Positions 46,181-58,200 of a stretch of 64,000 bases of DNA are shown here, piece after piece. Each line of letters starts with the position of its first letter. The stretch's first letter is position 1. Source of the stretch: Elusimicrobiota bacterium. Its GTDB lineage: Bacteria; Elusimicrobiota; Elusimicrobia; UBA1565; UBA9628. The notes under the pieces are model-generated. The model saw nothing but the letters and a program-made list of their open reading frames with translations, did not search any database and was not told where the DNA came from. The stretch spans positions 12,185 to 76,184 of the forward strand of contig JACPFR010000005.1 in NCBI GenBank assembly GCA_016182905.1, written 5' to 3'. The position numbers and the translations under genes are program-made.

Positions 46181-46863
46181 CGAGAAACATCCGCTTGCTT
46201 TATTTCAAGAACTGCCCAAACGTGGATGCGGCGAGGAGCAGTCTCCGTGCCGCGTTGGCGCAGGCGGGCCTGCCCGTCCACTGGATCGAAACCGATATCG
46301 AGGCGCCTGACTGTCCGCCTGATTTGAGGACCTTTCCTTCTCCAACCGTGCTCGTGGAAGGTCGGGATGTCTCCGGTGGAGGGCAAGCGCCGGAAGGAAC
46401 CGGGGCCTGCCGCCTGGGAGGCGCGCCCAGCGCAGAAGCAATCTCAAGGGTGCTCAATGATCACTCCTGGCTCGGCTCCGTGGCGGCTCTGCCCGCGGCC
46501 TTGATTGGTCTTCTTCCCGCGACGTTCTGTCCATTCTGCATCCCCGCGCTGGGCGGTCTGCTCGGGGCGCTGGGTCTCGGGGCCTTCGCAGGCCGCATCC
46601 TGGCACCCTTGACCCTGGCTCTCCTGGCAGTCGCCCTGGGTGGATTGGCCTTTCAATCCCGCCGAAGAGGCGATTACCGGCCTCTAATCGCCGGAGCGGC
46701 CGGCGCCGCGGCTCTCTTCGCCGGACAGTTCTTCCTCGAATCGGCGCTGTTGAAGGGTCTCGGCATCTCAGTTTTGGTCGGGTCGTCGCTTTGGAATATC
46801 ATGCCGAGAAGGCAAACTGCAGGCGGAGGACCCTGCTCCGCTTGCGCGAAAGGAGGTGAGTAA
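46177..46863 (+). CDS. MerC-like membrane metal transporter with N-terminal thioredoxin-fold domain
   Basis: GGAGG RBS, ATGA overlap. N-terminal YFKNCPNVD...DCPPD. TM1 FCPFC. C-terminal GGPCSACAKG, analogous to the MerC CAAC/CxxC layout. Confidence 0.55.
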   Translation: MTRNIRLLYFKNCPNVDAARSSLRAALAQAGLPVHWIETDIEAPDCPPDLRTFPSPTVLVEGRDVSGGGQAPEGTGACRLGGAPSAEAISRVLNDHSWLGSVAALPAALIGLLPATFCPFCIPALGGLLGALGLGAFAGRILAPLTLALLAVALGGLAFQSRRRGDYRPLIAGAAGAAALFAGQFFLESALLKGLGISVLVGSSLWNIMPRRQTAGGGPCSACAKGGE

Positions 46864-46864
46864 A

Positions 46865-47140
46865 ATGGCGAAGCGAAGAGTAGAGGTGTTCACTGCCGGT
46901 TGTCCCGTCTGCGAAGACGCGGTCAAGAAGGTCAACTCGGCCGCCTGCTCCGATTGTGAGGTCACGATCTATGACCTCAATCGAGGGTGCGCGACGAATG
47001 AATGCCGCGAGAAGGCCAAGGGATACGGCGTCACGCGGCTTCCCGCCGTCGTGGTGGACGGACGCCTGCTCGACTGTTGCAGCAAGGGTTCTGTCGAGAT
47101 CAAAGAACTCGAGGCTGCTGGAGTCGGCAAGAAGCGATAG
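46865..47140 (+). CDS. Small thioredoxin/glutaredoxin-like protein (CPxC)
   Basis: AAGGAGG RBS. FTAGCPVC active-site motif. Additional Cys pairs. Confidence 0.6.
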   Translation: MAKRRVEVFTAGCPVCEDAVKKVNSAACSDCEVTIYDLNRGCATNECREKAKGYGVTRLPAVVVDGRLLDCCSKGSVEIKELEAAGVGKKR

Positions 47141-47157
47141 AACGCCTGAATCGAAAA

Positions 47158-47197
47158 GGAGCCCCGGCGCGCGGAATCCGCCGGGGCTCTTTCATTC
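47158..47197 (+). terminator. Rho-independent terminator (GAGCCCCGGCG-loop-CGCCGGGGCTC + TTTCATTC)
   Basis: 11-bp perfect stem followed by a T-rich tract, 18 nt after the stop of the Trx-like gene. Confidence 0.7.
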
Positions 47198-47391
47198 GGG
47201 CTGGCCGTTCTACTTATGTTGCCTAGAACCTGCCGCCTTCGTCGAAATTTGCGGCCATCCGCAACATAAGTGCGACCGCAACATAAATGATGCCGGACGA
47301 GGACTAAAGTCGGAGGTCGTCCGCCGAAAGGCGGGCGGCCGCTGCGGCGGGTCGGTCCGCGGCGCTCCACCCCGCAAGCGGGGTCCGAAAG

Positions 47392-47790
47392 TCAGGAAGT
47401 CAGGTCCGGATGATGCTTGAAGCCCGCCTGACGGAGCCGGACATAAAGGGGGAAGGCGTAGTCGTAGATCTCCCGGCCCCGCGCGGATTGCAGGCGGCGG
47501 ATTTTCCGGGCGTCCAGGCCGAGTTCCTCGATCAACCGGTCGATGAGCGCGAAGAGCCGCGCGGGCGTCATGCCGCGGAGCTTCCGACTCGCTTGGGGGT
47601 CGCCGTATGGCTGGTGCAGCTCGTCCGGCCCGAGGATTTTTCTGTAGAGCCCGCCGGGGAGGCGGCAGTGGAAGTTGTTCAGATACGGCCAGCCGTCGCG
47701 CCCGAGCTCCCGGCGCTTATGCGCCGCGATCTCTCGGTCGATCCGTTTGAGCAGGTCGCGCCTGGTCCCGCCGCGCTGTCGATTCCACAT
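47392..47790 (-). CDS. Hypothetical protein
   Basis: 132-aa ORF. No family recognised. Confidence 0.4.
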   Translation of the reverse strand: MWNRQRGGTRRDLLKRIDREIAAHKRRELGRDGWPYLNNFHCRLPGGLYRKILGPDELHQPYGDPQASRKLRGMTPARLFALIDRLIEELGLDARKIRRLQSARGREIYDYAFPLYVRLRQAGFKHHPDLTS

Positions 47791-47888
47791 GGGAGCCTCG
47801 CCTTGATCCTGCGCAGGATATCAATTATGGGCGGCGGAACCATGATAAATAGGAGGCTCCTTCGGACTTCCCGGCGGGTGAATTTCCA

Positions 47889-47917
47889 TTGACAGATCGC
47901 GAAAGGAGCATTATCCT
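47889..47917 (+). promoter_or_regulatory. Candidate sigma70 promoter (TTGACA-17 nt-TATCCT) for the response-regulator gene
   Basis: Consensus -35 hexamer. Spacing reasonable. ~40 nt upstream of the ATG. Confidence 0.4.
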
Positions 47918-47957
47918 GGGTCAGTCAGGTTTGCAATACCCTCTCGAGCCCAAATAA

Positions 47958-49079
47958 ATGATGACGCCCGCCGGCGGCTTCCCCGAATCCCGTGCGCCCA
48001 GCTCCCAAGCGGGGCTCGTCTTGGTCGTTGACGACGACAACAGCGTCAGGCATACGCTGCTCGACCTCCTGCACGGCACCGAGTTCCGGAGCGCCGGCGC
48101 CGCCTCCGCGGCGGAAGCCTTCGAGGCCGTGAAGAAGTGCCAGCCGCGGGCCATCCTCCTTGACTGGGCTCTGCCCGGGGGAATCGACGGCTTGGCCGTG
48201 TTGAAGGCGCTCAAGGCGGCCGCATCGACGAAGCACATCCCTATCATCATGATCTCCGGCCTCAAGCGAAGCGCGGCCGAACGGCTGACGGTCAAGCAGG
48301 CCGGGGCGGAGGACCTTTACGACAAGACGGACTTGATGAGCCGCAGAGCCGACTTCCTGAGCCTCTTGCGCGACGCCGTGGCCAAGAATAAGGCGCCTTC
48401 GACTTGGCGGCTCCTGGTCATAGAGGACGACGCGGAATTCCAGGAGTTCATCCGATTCGCCTTGGCGCGCCGGGAATTCGACGTCCGCTTCGCGGGCACC
48501 GGCCGCGAAGGCTGCGCGATGGCGCGGGACCTCAGGCCGAACCTCGTCATCCTCGACATGACCTTGCCTGATATCAACGGAGTCGACGTCTTCAAGTCCC
48601 TCCACGCCAACCGCGAGACGCAAGGCATTCCCGTCCTGGCCATGAGCGCCCTGGACAGGACGGCGGGGCCCCTCGAAAGCGCCCTCAAGGAGATAGGCGT
48701 CGACGATTACCTGCCCAAACCTTTCGGCGAGAACGAGATCCTCCAGCGCATGTCCAAACTGCTGGGACGAACCGCCGCGGGACAGCCGAACGGCGGAACC
48801 CTCGCGCGCGGGCGCGTGCGCCTGGAGATCGACACCAGGCGCGTTTGGGTCGGGGAACGCCTGATCGAGCATATCGGCTACAAGCAATTCGACCTGCTGC
48901 GCGTCATGATGGAAAGCGCAAGCGGAGTCTCCAGGAAGGAGATTCTCACCCGAGTCTGGGGCGGCGACGAGAACGCCACGGTCGTTAACGTGACCATCCT
49001 CCGGCTGCGTCGGGCGCTGGGGTTCGCCGAGAAAGAGGGAATACTCTCGATTCCCGACGGCTATATGCTCGTCGGCTGA
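47958..49079 (+). CDS. Response regulator with two receiver domains and OmpR/PhoB-type winged-helix output
   Basis: REC1 (VLVVDDD...D) and REC2 (LLVIEDD...ILDMTLPDING). C-terminal trans_reg_C domain. No histidine kinase nearby. Confidence 0.8.
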   Translation: MMTPAGGFPESRAPSSQAGLVLVVDDDNSVRHTLLDLLHGTEFRSAGAASAAEAFEAVKKCQPRAILLDWALPGGIDGLAVLKALKAAASTKHIPIIMISGLKRSAAERLTVKQAGAEDLYDKTDLMSRRADFLSLLRDAVAKNKAPSTWRLLVIEDDAEFQEFIRFALARREFDVRFAGTGREGCAMARDLRPNLVILDMTLPDINGVDVFKSLHANRETQGIPVLAMSALDRTAGPLESALKEIGVDDYLPKPFGENEILQRMSKLLGRTAAGQPNGGTLARGRVRLEIDTRRVWVGERLIEHIGYKQFDLLRVMMESASGVSRKEILTRVWGGDENATVVNVTILRLRRALGFAEKEGILSIPDGYMLVG

Positions 49080-49204
49080 GCCGCTTCCTCCCGCGAACCG
49101 TCGCCCACGGGAGGGTGTAATCAACTGTAATTGACATCCCCGGATTCGGGGGTTATGGTTGGGGTGGCCGTTGCCGGGCGTCGTTGAGTCGCGGCAGGCC
49201 GCCG

Positions 49205-52200
49205 ATGGCTTCAACAGACGAACCGTCTTCGCCGCCGAGCAATCTTCTCCGGCCGCGCCGTCTTTTCGCGGCGGCCGCCGTATCGGCCGCGCTGTCGCTC
49301 TCGGCGCTCGCGCTTGACGCCGAAGCCGCGACGGTCTCCTGGACGGGCGCCTCCGACGGCAACTGGTTCAACGCCGCGAACTGGTCTCCAGCCCAAGTCC
49401 CGACCTCCGCCGACGACGCCGTCATCGACCTGAACGCGACGGTCTCCGCATCCGGCGGGACCTCCATCGCGTTCGCCACTCTGACTCTCGGCGACGCCGC
49501 CGGAAACTTCGCCCCGACTTTGCGCCTCTCGGCGGCCCAGAGCACCAGCGGCTCGGTGACGATCCATCGCGGCGCGAGGCTTCAGCAGGACACGAACCAG
49601 CAGATCGTCTTCGGCGCGCTGGACGTGAAGCCCGGCGGGTTGCTGACTCACACGGCGAACACGTCCGCGCGCTCGTTCCTCCTTAATCTGAGCGTGACGG
49701 GGAACTTCGACCTGCAGGCGGGGGCCACGATCGCGGCCAACGGTCAAGGCTACGCGCCCGGCGTCGGGACGCAGAACGGCTTCGGGCCGGGCGCGGGCGT
49801 GTACGGAGGCGACGGCAGCGGCGCCGGCCACGGCGGCGCGGGCGGACGCGGCAGTTCCGGGGCCCTGGGCGGCGGGGCCTACGACAACACGACGAATCCG
49901 ACGGAGCTGGGGTCGGGCGGCGGCGGAAGCTACAGCACGACGGGCGGTGCGGGCGGCGGCGCGGCGCTGATCACGGTGGGCGGGGCGTTTTCGCTCAACG
50001 GCCTCGTCAACGCCAACGGCAACGACGGCGTCCGCAGCCCCCAGGACTACGGCTCGGGCGGCGGGGCGGGCGGGACCGTCAATATCATGGCGGCGTCGTT
50101 CAGCGGCATGGGCTCGGTCCTGGCCAACGGCGGCACGGGCGGCGCGGGCGGCAACAGCCGCGGCGGCGGGGGCGGCGGCGGACGGGTCTCGATCGCCGTC
50201 ACGGGCTCGGACAGCTCGAACCTGAACCTCCAGGCCAACGCGGGCGGAAACGGCGGCTCGGGCGCCGCGAACGGCGGCGCGGGCGTGATCGCTCTCAAGG
50301 GGCCGGGCGCTTCGATCTACAGCCTGACGATCGGCGGGGCGAGTCTCGCGGCCCAATCGGCCACGCCCATCACGGGCCCTGCGCCGACGTTCGCGAGCGT
50401 CACGATCAACAACGCCGTCGTGACCTTCGACGCGGGGAGCACGGCGAGCATCGACGTCCTCGCGACGACGAACACGGTGAGCATGACGGCGGCGACGCTC
50501 TCCGTCAACGGCCTCGTCGTGACGAGCACGATGAGCCTCACGGTCGGAACGCTCGCCCTGAACGGAGGAACCCTTGAGGTCGCCAAGGGCTCAAGCCTGA
50601 AGCTGACGGCGCAATCCTCCTCCGGCGGCGACTTGGTCGTCGACGGCGGCGGCGCCTTCGTGCAGATGAACACGGCGGCGCTGAACTTCACGGCGGTGAC
50701 GGTCCTGCCCGGGGGCCTGATCACGCAAGCGGCCAATACCAACACGCGCGCGGCGGTCTTGAACCTGAACGTGAGCGGGAACTTCGACCTGCAGCCCGGC
50801 GCGACGGTCTCGGTGAACGGTTTGGGCTACGCGGGCGGGACCGCCAACGGCAGCGGCTACGGCCCAGGCGCGGGAATATACGGCGGGGACGGCAGCGGCG
50901 CCGGCCACGGCGGCGCGGGCGGACGCGGCAGCTCCGGCGCCGGCGGGGGTGCGGCCTACGACAATGTGACGAGCCCGACGGACCTGGGCTCGGGAGGCGG
51001 GAGCAGCTACAACAGCATGGCGGGCGGAGCGGGAGGTGGAGCGGCGCTGATCACCGTGGGCGGGGCCTTCTCGCTCAACGGCGTCATCAGCGCCGGCGGC
51101 AACGACGGCGTCCGCAGTCCCAATGACTACGGCTCGGGCGGCGGCGCGGGCGGGACGGTCAATATCACGGCGGCGACGTTCAATGGCACGGGCTCGATAC
51201 TGGCCAACGGCGGCGCGGGCGGCGCGGGCGGCAATCAGCGCGGCGGCGGAGGCGGGGGCGGACGGATTTCGATCGTCGTTACGGGCGCAGATAACTCGAA
51301 CCTGAATCTCCAAGCCAACGGCGGAACCGGCGGCGGCTCGGGCGCGGCGAGCGGCGGCGCGGGCGTGATCGCGCTGAAGACCTCGGGCGGGGCGAATTAC
51401 AATCTCAGCATCGGCGACTTGAACTCCGCGGCGCAGACTGGAACGGCCGTCGCCGGCTCGACTTTGGCCTTCTCCACGGTCACGCTCAACAACAGCATCG
51501 TCAGCTTCGACGCCGGCAGCACGGTCAACATCAACAATCTGATCGTGGCCGGCGCGGTGAACCTGACGGCGGCGACGCTCGCGTTCAACGGCGGAACGCT
51601 TGAGGTCAAGAGCGGCGGCACCCTGCGGCTTTCCGCCCAGGCGACATCCGGAGGGAACCTCATCGTCGACGGCGGCGGCGTCTTCCAGCAGATGAACGCC
51701 GTGCCGTTGAACTTCGTCTCGATCAACGTCTTGCCCGGAGGCTCGCTCACGCACGCGGCTAACAACGCTTTTCGTTCGGCGGTTCTCAATCTCAACGTGG
51801 CCGGAGACTTCAACCTGCAGGCGGGGGCCACGATCGCGGCCAACTCTCAGGGCTACGCGGGCGGGACCTCCAATGGCAGCGGCTACGGCCCAGGCGCGGG
51901 AATATACGGCGGGGACGGAAGCGGCGGCGGCCACGGCGGCGCGGGCGGGCGCGGCAGTTCCGGCGCCGGCGGGGGTGCGGCCTACGACAACACGACGAGC
52001 CCGACGGACCTGGGCTCGGGAGGCGGGAGCAGCTACAACGGCGCGGTGGGCGGCGCGGGCGGCGGCGCGGTACTGATCATGGTAGGCGGGACGTTCTCGC
52101 TCAACGGCGTCATCAACGCCAACGGCAACGACGGCGTCCACAGTCCCTATGACTACGGGTCGGGCGGTGGAGCGGGCGGGACGGTCAATATCACGGCGGC

Positions 52201-55200
52201 GACGTTCAACGGCACGGGCTCGATACTGGCCAACGGCGGCGTAGGCGGGGCGGGCGGCAATCAGCGCGGCGGCGGGGGCGGAGGGGGCCGGGTCTCAATC
52301 GTCGTCACGGGAGCGGACGGCTCGAACCTGAACCTTCAAGCCAACGGCGGAACGAGCGGCGGCTCGGGCGCCGCCAACGGCGGCGCGGGCGTGATCGCGC
52401 TTAAGACCACTGGCGGGGTCAACTACAGCCTCTCGATCGGCGACCTGACGTCCGTGCCGCAGACAGGCAGCGGCGTCGGCGGAGCGGCGCCGGTATTCTC
52501 GACCGTCACGCTTAACAATAGCATCGTGAATTTTGATCCTGGCAGCAACGTGACGATCAACTCGCTGGTGGTGGTCGGCGGGGCCGTCCTCTCGGGTCAC
52601 AATCTTTCCTTTGGAAGCGCCGTCCCGATCCAGGTACGCTCTGGCTCCTTAAAGGTGACGGCCAACCAATTGACGGTCCCCACCGGCTCGCCCATCGAGG
52701 TCCAAGGCGGCGGAAGTATGGCTTTTGCAGTCGCCGGCAACTCGGGCGGCGCGCTCATCGTGCGCAACGGCGGCTCTTTTCAGCAGCTCAACGCGCAAGT
52801 CCTCAGCTTCGACTCGGTCCTTGTCGAGCGGGGCGGGATGCTCACGCACGCGCCCAACAGCACGACGAGATCTTCCGTCCTGAACCTGGCCGTCAGCGGG
52901 GCCTTCGACCTGCAGGCAGGCGCCACGATCGCGTTGAACGGCTTGGGCTACGCGGGCGGGACCGCCAACGGCAGCGGCTACGGCCCAGGCGCGGGAATAT
53001 ACGGCGGGGACGGCAGCGGCGCCGGCCACGGCGGCGCGGGCGGGCGCGGCAGTTCCGGCGCCGGCGGGGGTGCGGCCTATGACAACGTGACGAATCCGAT
53101 GGACCTGGGCTCGGGCGGCGGGAGCAGCTACAACAGCATGGCGGGCGGAGCGGGCGGCGGCGCGGCGATGATCACCGTGGGCGGGGCATTCTCGCTCAAT
53201 GGCGTCATCAACGCCGGCGGCAACGACGGCGTCCGCAGTCCCTATGACTACGGGTCGGGCGGCGGGGCCGGCGGGACGGTCAATATCACGGCCGCGACGT
53301 TCAACGGCACGGGCTCGATACTGGCCAACGGCGGTGCGGGCGGAGCGGGCGGCAATCAGCGCGGCGGCGGGGGCGCTGGCGGACGCATCGCGATCGCGGT
53401 GACGGGGGCGGACGGTTCGACCCTGACGCTGCAGGCCAACAGCGCGGTCGGCGGCGGCTCGGGCGCCGCGAACGGCGGCGCGGGCGTGATCGCGCGCAAG
53501 GCCCCGAGCGCATCCAGCTACAACCTGACTATCGGCGATCCGAGCGTCACGCCCCAGTCGGCGACGCCGCTTGCGGGGGCTTCTCCGACGTTCGCGAACC
53601 TGACGATCAACAACGGTGTCGTGACCTTCGACGCGGGCAGCACGGCGACGGTGACCGCCCTCGTGGTCAAGGGGACGGCCAGCGTGACGGCGGCGACACT
53701 GGCGCCGGGTACTTTGGAAGTGGCGAGCGGGGCGGTGCTGAAGTTGATGGCGCTGGCGACGAGCGGCGGTCTGCAGGTGGACGGCGGCGGGACGTTCGTT
53801 CAGATGAACACGGCGACGCTCGGCTTTGCATCGGTGTCGGCGCTGCCCGGGAGCGTGCTGACCCACAACATCAACTCCAACACGCGCGCGGCGATCTTGA
53901 ACATGAACGTGGTCGGCGACTTCGACCTGCAGGCGGGCGCGGCGATCGCGTTGAACGGCTTGGGCTACGCGGGCGGGACCGCCAACGGCAGCGGCTTCGG
54001 CCCGGGCGCGGGGATATACGGCGGCGACGGCAGCGGCGCCGGCCATGGCGGCGCGGGCGGGCGCGGCAGTTCCGGCGCCGGCGGCGGCGCGGCTTACGAC
54101 AACGCGACGAGCCCGACGGACCTGGGCTCGGGCGGCGGGAGCAGCTACAACAGCATGGCGGGCGGAGCGGGCGGCGGGGCGGCGCTGATCACCGTGGGCG
54201 GGGCGCTCTCGCTCAACGGCACGATCAACGCCAACGGCGTCAACGGCGCGCGCAGTCCGAATGACTACGGCTCGGGCGGCGGCGCGGGCGGGACGGTTAA
54301 CCTGACGGCGGCCGCGTTCAACGGCTCGGGCACGATCTCGGCGACTGGAGGTTCAGGCGGCCCCGGCGGCAATCAGCGCGGCGGCGGAGGCGGCGGCGGC
54401 CGTGTCGCGCTCGCGGGCTGCAACGCCAACAAGGTGACGAGCGGCGTGAGCGGCGGCGGCGCGGGAGGCTCCAGCGCGGTGGGCGGAAGCACCGGGACCG
54501 TCAACCCCACGATCCCCGCCGGCTGCCCCAGCGCGCCGCCCGCCCCGGTCAATCTCGCGGTCTCATCTGCCGGCGAAGACGCGTCCGGCAGCACCTTCAT
54601 CACGGCGACCTGGGACCCGGCCCCGTCTGCCCTCTCCTATACATTGCAGGCGTCCACCGCCGCCGACTTCAGCGGCATCGTCCATGCCGCGACGAGCGCG
54701 GCGACGACGGCGACCATCCTCGGGGTGACGCCGAACGCGACCTACTTCCTGCAGGTCGCGGCCTACAATATCGTCGGCTTCTCCGCTTTCTCATCCGCCG
54801 TGACGACGCGCACGCCCGCGGACCTCACGTCGCCACAACCGCCGTCGCTCGTGAGCGCCTCAGGCGGGCCTGGGGGCCGCATCTCGTTGTCGTGGCAGGC
54901 TGCGGCGGCCGGCGAGCAGACGACTTCCTTCAACCTCTACCGCGCGACCGAGGCCTACACCTCGACTACGGGCCTGACCTCGATCCAACTCCATGCGGCC
55001 GCGACCTTCTACACGGACGTCCCGCCCACCGATGGGACTTACTTCTACGCCGTGGCGGGACTTGACCCTTCCTTCAACGAGAGCGGGATATCGAACATGC
55101 TCTCCGCGCAGTCCCTGCACGCGGGACCGGCCGCGCCCAGCCTCGCCGCCGTCTTCAGCGCGGCGCAGAAGCATATCGCTCTGTCGTGGACGGCCTCGAC

Positions 55201-58200
55201 CGGCACGGTCGTCGGCTATAACGTCTACCGCGCGACTTTCTCGGCGTCGAGCGTCGCCGGCCGCGCGCCGCTGCTGAGCGGAACAACCGCGACGGCCTTC
55301 GTCGACGCCCCGTCGATCGCGTCGGACTCGACGTACTACTACCTGGTCACGGCCGTAGACCCCGTTGGAAACGAGGGCGCGCCCTCCAACCAGTCCGCCG
55401 TCGCCTTCGACGTTCACTCGCCGGCGATCACGATCACCGGCGTCTCGAACGGCCAGTACGCGAGCGCGAACCTGACCCCGGCCGTGACGATCGCGGACTT
55501 CAGCCCGTATGTCGCCACCGTCAGCCTCAACGGCCAACCCTTCGCGGGCGGCGTGACGCTGACCTTGCCCGGCACCTACTTCCTGTCGGTCGCGGCGTCC
55601 GACGTGTTCGCCAACGCGAGCTCGGCGACCGCCTCCTTCACGATCGACAAGGCCACGCCGACTTTCGTCCTGCTCTCGCCGCAAAACGGCCTGATCACGA
55701 ACCAGAACGTGCCCGTCTCCTACCAAGTCTCCGACGACCTCACGCCCGCCGCCCAGATCGTCGTCAAGGACGAGCTCGGCATCGTGGTTCCATCGTCCTA
55801 CACGATCACGATCGAGGGCGCGCGCAACCTGACTTTGACGGCCCGCGACCTGGCCGGCAACGCGGCTTCGGCGAGCTCCGTCTTCATCCTCGACAAGACG
55901 CCGCCGGTGGTCGTCTCGGACCTGCGCGTGACGGCCAAGAACCCCGCCGCCGGACAGGCGACGTTGGCCTGGACCTCCCCGCACGACGCGCTGAGCGGTG
56001 TGGCGGGCTACATCGTCAAGGCCGCGGGCTACCCGATAGACGCCGCGAACTTCGACGCGGCGCCGACCGTCGCGGTCTCCACGACGCCGCGCGCGGAGGG
56101 TGCCGCCGAGCAGTTCGTCGTCACGGTCCCCACGATCTCGACCGTCTACTTCGTGATGAGGTCGTCCGACGAGGCGGGCAATCTCTCGGCGATCTCCAAC
56201 ATCGCCTTCTGGGACCTCAACGGACCCGTCCTCTCGGGCCTCAATCCCGCTCCCGGGGGCGTCGTCTCCCGTCCGGCGAACGTGACGGTTCAAGCCGGCG
56301 ACCTCACCGGCGTAGCGTGGGCCGCGTTCGCGGTGGACGGCGTGGTCCTTTCCACGATCACGACCGCGCCTTACAGCTTCCTTTGGAACACCCTCGCCTA
56401 CGCCGACGGGACGCACTCGGTCGCGTTCAACGCCCTGGACGTCCTGGGAAACGCCTCTTCGCTCTCAGCCGCTTATACCCTCGCCTATCAGCCGCCGCCG
56501 ACGCCGGTCGTGACCGCGCCGAGCGCGAACTTCACCACGTTCACCGCGACGGTCACGGTCGCGGGCACGGCGGAGCCGGGGACCACCGTCCAGGTGCTCA
56601 TCGACGGCTTCATCCTGGCTTCGGCCCTGACCAGCTCCACCGGAAGTTTCCAGACCGTCGTGACCCTTCCCGCGCAGGGCAGCCCGCTCATGACCGTGCT
56701 CGCGAGCGACTTCAAGGGCGCCGGCACACCCATCTCGCCTATCGTCATCAACTACAACCTGACGCCGCCCGGCGTCCCGGGGAATTTCTCCGCGGCTTCC
56801 TTGCCCGCGGGACGGGTGCGGCTGGCCTGGGACGCGCCGGCGGGCAAGGTGCCTTCGTTCTACCGGATCTATCGAAGCAGCGATGCGGCGGCTTTCTCCC
56901 CGGGCGTCGTCCCCGCCGCGGCGCTGCTGATCAAGGACTCGCTGAACGCGCGGACCTACGACGACCTGCCCGCGCAGGACGGCGTCTATCACTACGCAGT
57001 CACCGCGCTCGACGCGAGCTTGAACCAGAGCGGCGCCTCGGACTCCTCGAGCGCGGTCTCCGACCGCGCCGTCCCGACCGCGGCCTTGACCTTCCTCGAC
57101 GGCGTCCCGCCGTTCGGACCGGGCGCGAAGCGCCTCCAGCTCTCGCTCTCCAAGGTGCTGGCGTCGCCTCCGCTCCTGCTGTTCCGGCCCTTCACCCAGA
57201 CGCCGCTCAGCCTCGCGCTCAGCGCCTCAAGCCCCACGGTCTGGCTCGGCACGCTCACCGTGACCTCGGCCATGAACTCGGGAGTGGGCGCCTTCTCCTT
57301 CCAGGGCTCCGACTTCGTCGGGAACGTGGGGACGAGCCTCACCGCGGGAGCGACGGCGCTCCTCGACCTAGCGGGCCCCTCAGGCTCCATCGCGCTGGTG
57401 CCCGCGTCCCCGGTCAAGGCGGGGACAGTTGCCCTGAGCCTGAACTTGACGGAGCCCGTCCCCGTCGCGCCGCAGTTGGCCTACGTCACAGCCTCAGGCT
57501 CGACCGTGCCCGTGACTCTCTCCGGCGCCGGTACCGCGTGGACGGGAACGCTCACGATCGTCCCCGGCTCCGACGGGCCCGCATCCTTCGCCTTCAGCGC
57601 GACGGACGCATTGGGCAACGTCGGCGCGAGCTTGACCGCGGGCGGGAGTTTCGTCATCTTGACCGAGGCTCCCGGCGCGCCGCTGTTCCTGCGCGCGATC
57701 CCGCAGAAGGCGGGCGCGGTGCGGGTGACCTGGAGCGCGCCGGTCGGCGGGACGCCGGCCTCCTACAACGTCTACCGCGACTCGGTCAGGATCTCGTCCG
57801 GCGTCGCGCCGCTGTCCGACGGCAGCGGCCTGTTCGTCGACAATCCCGCGGACGGCCCTTACGTCTACGCGGCCAGTGCCGTCGATGCCGCGGGCAACGA
57901 GAGCCCCCTGTCCACGGCCGTCTCCGCGACCGCCAAGTCCTCCTCTCCGGCCGCTCCGACGGCCTCGACCGCGACCTTCTCGTCGTTCGGCCACATCGAG
58001 GTGAGCTGGGAGGCGGGCAGCGCGGACTCGACGCTCTACCGTATCCACCGGACGAGCGCGGCGGGAGGCTCCTTCGCGAGCGCCTCCTTCAGCGCGCTCG
58101 CCAGCACTCCGCCGTTCGTCGATACGCCGCCCCAGAACGCGCGCTACTTCTACTACATCACGGCCCTGGACTCCGCGGGCAACGAGTCCAGCCCGTCTCA

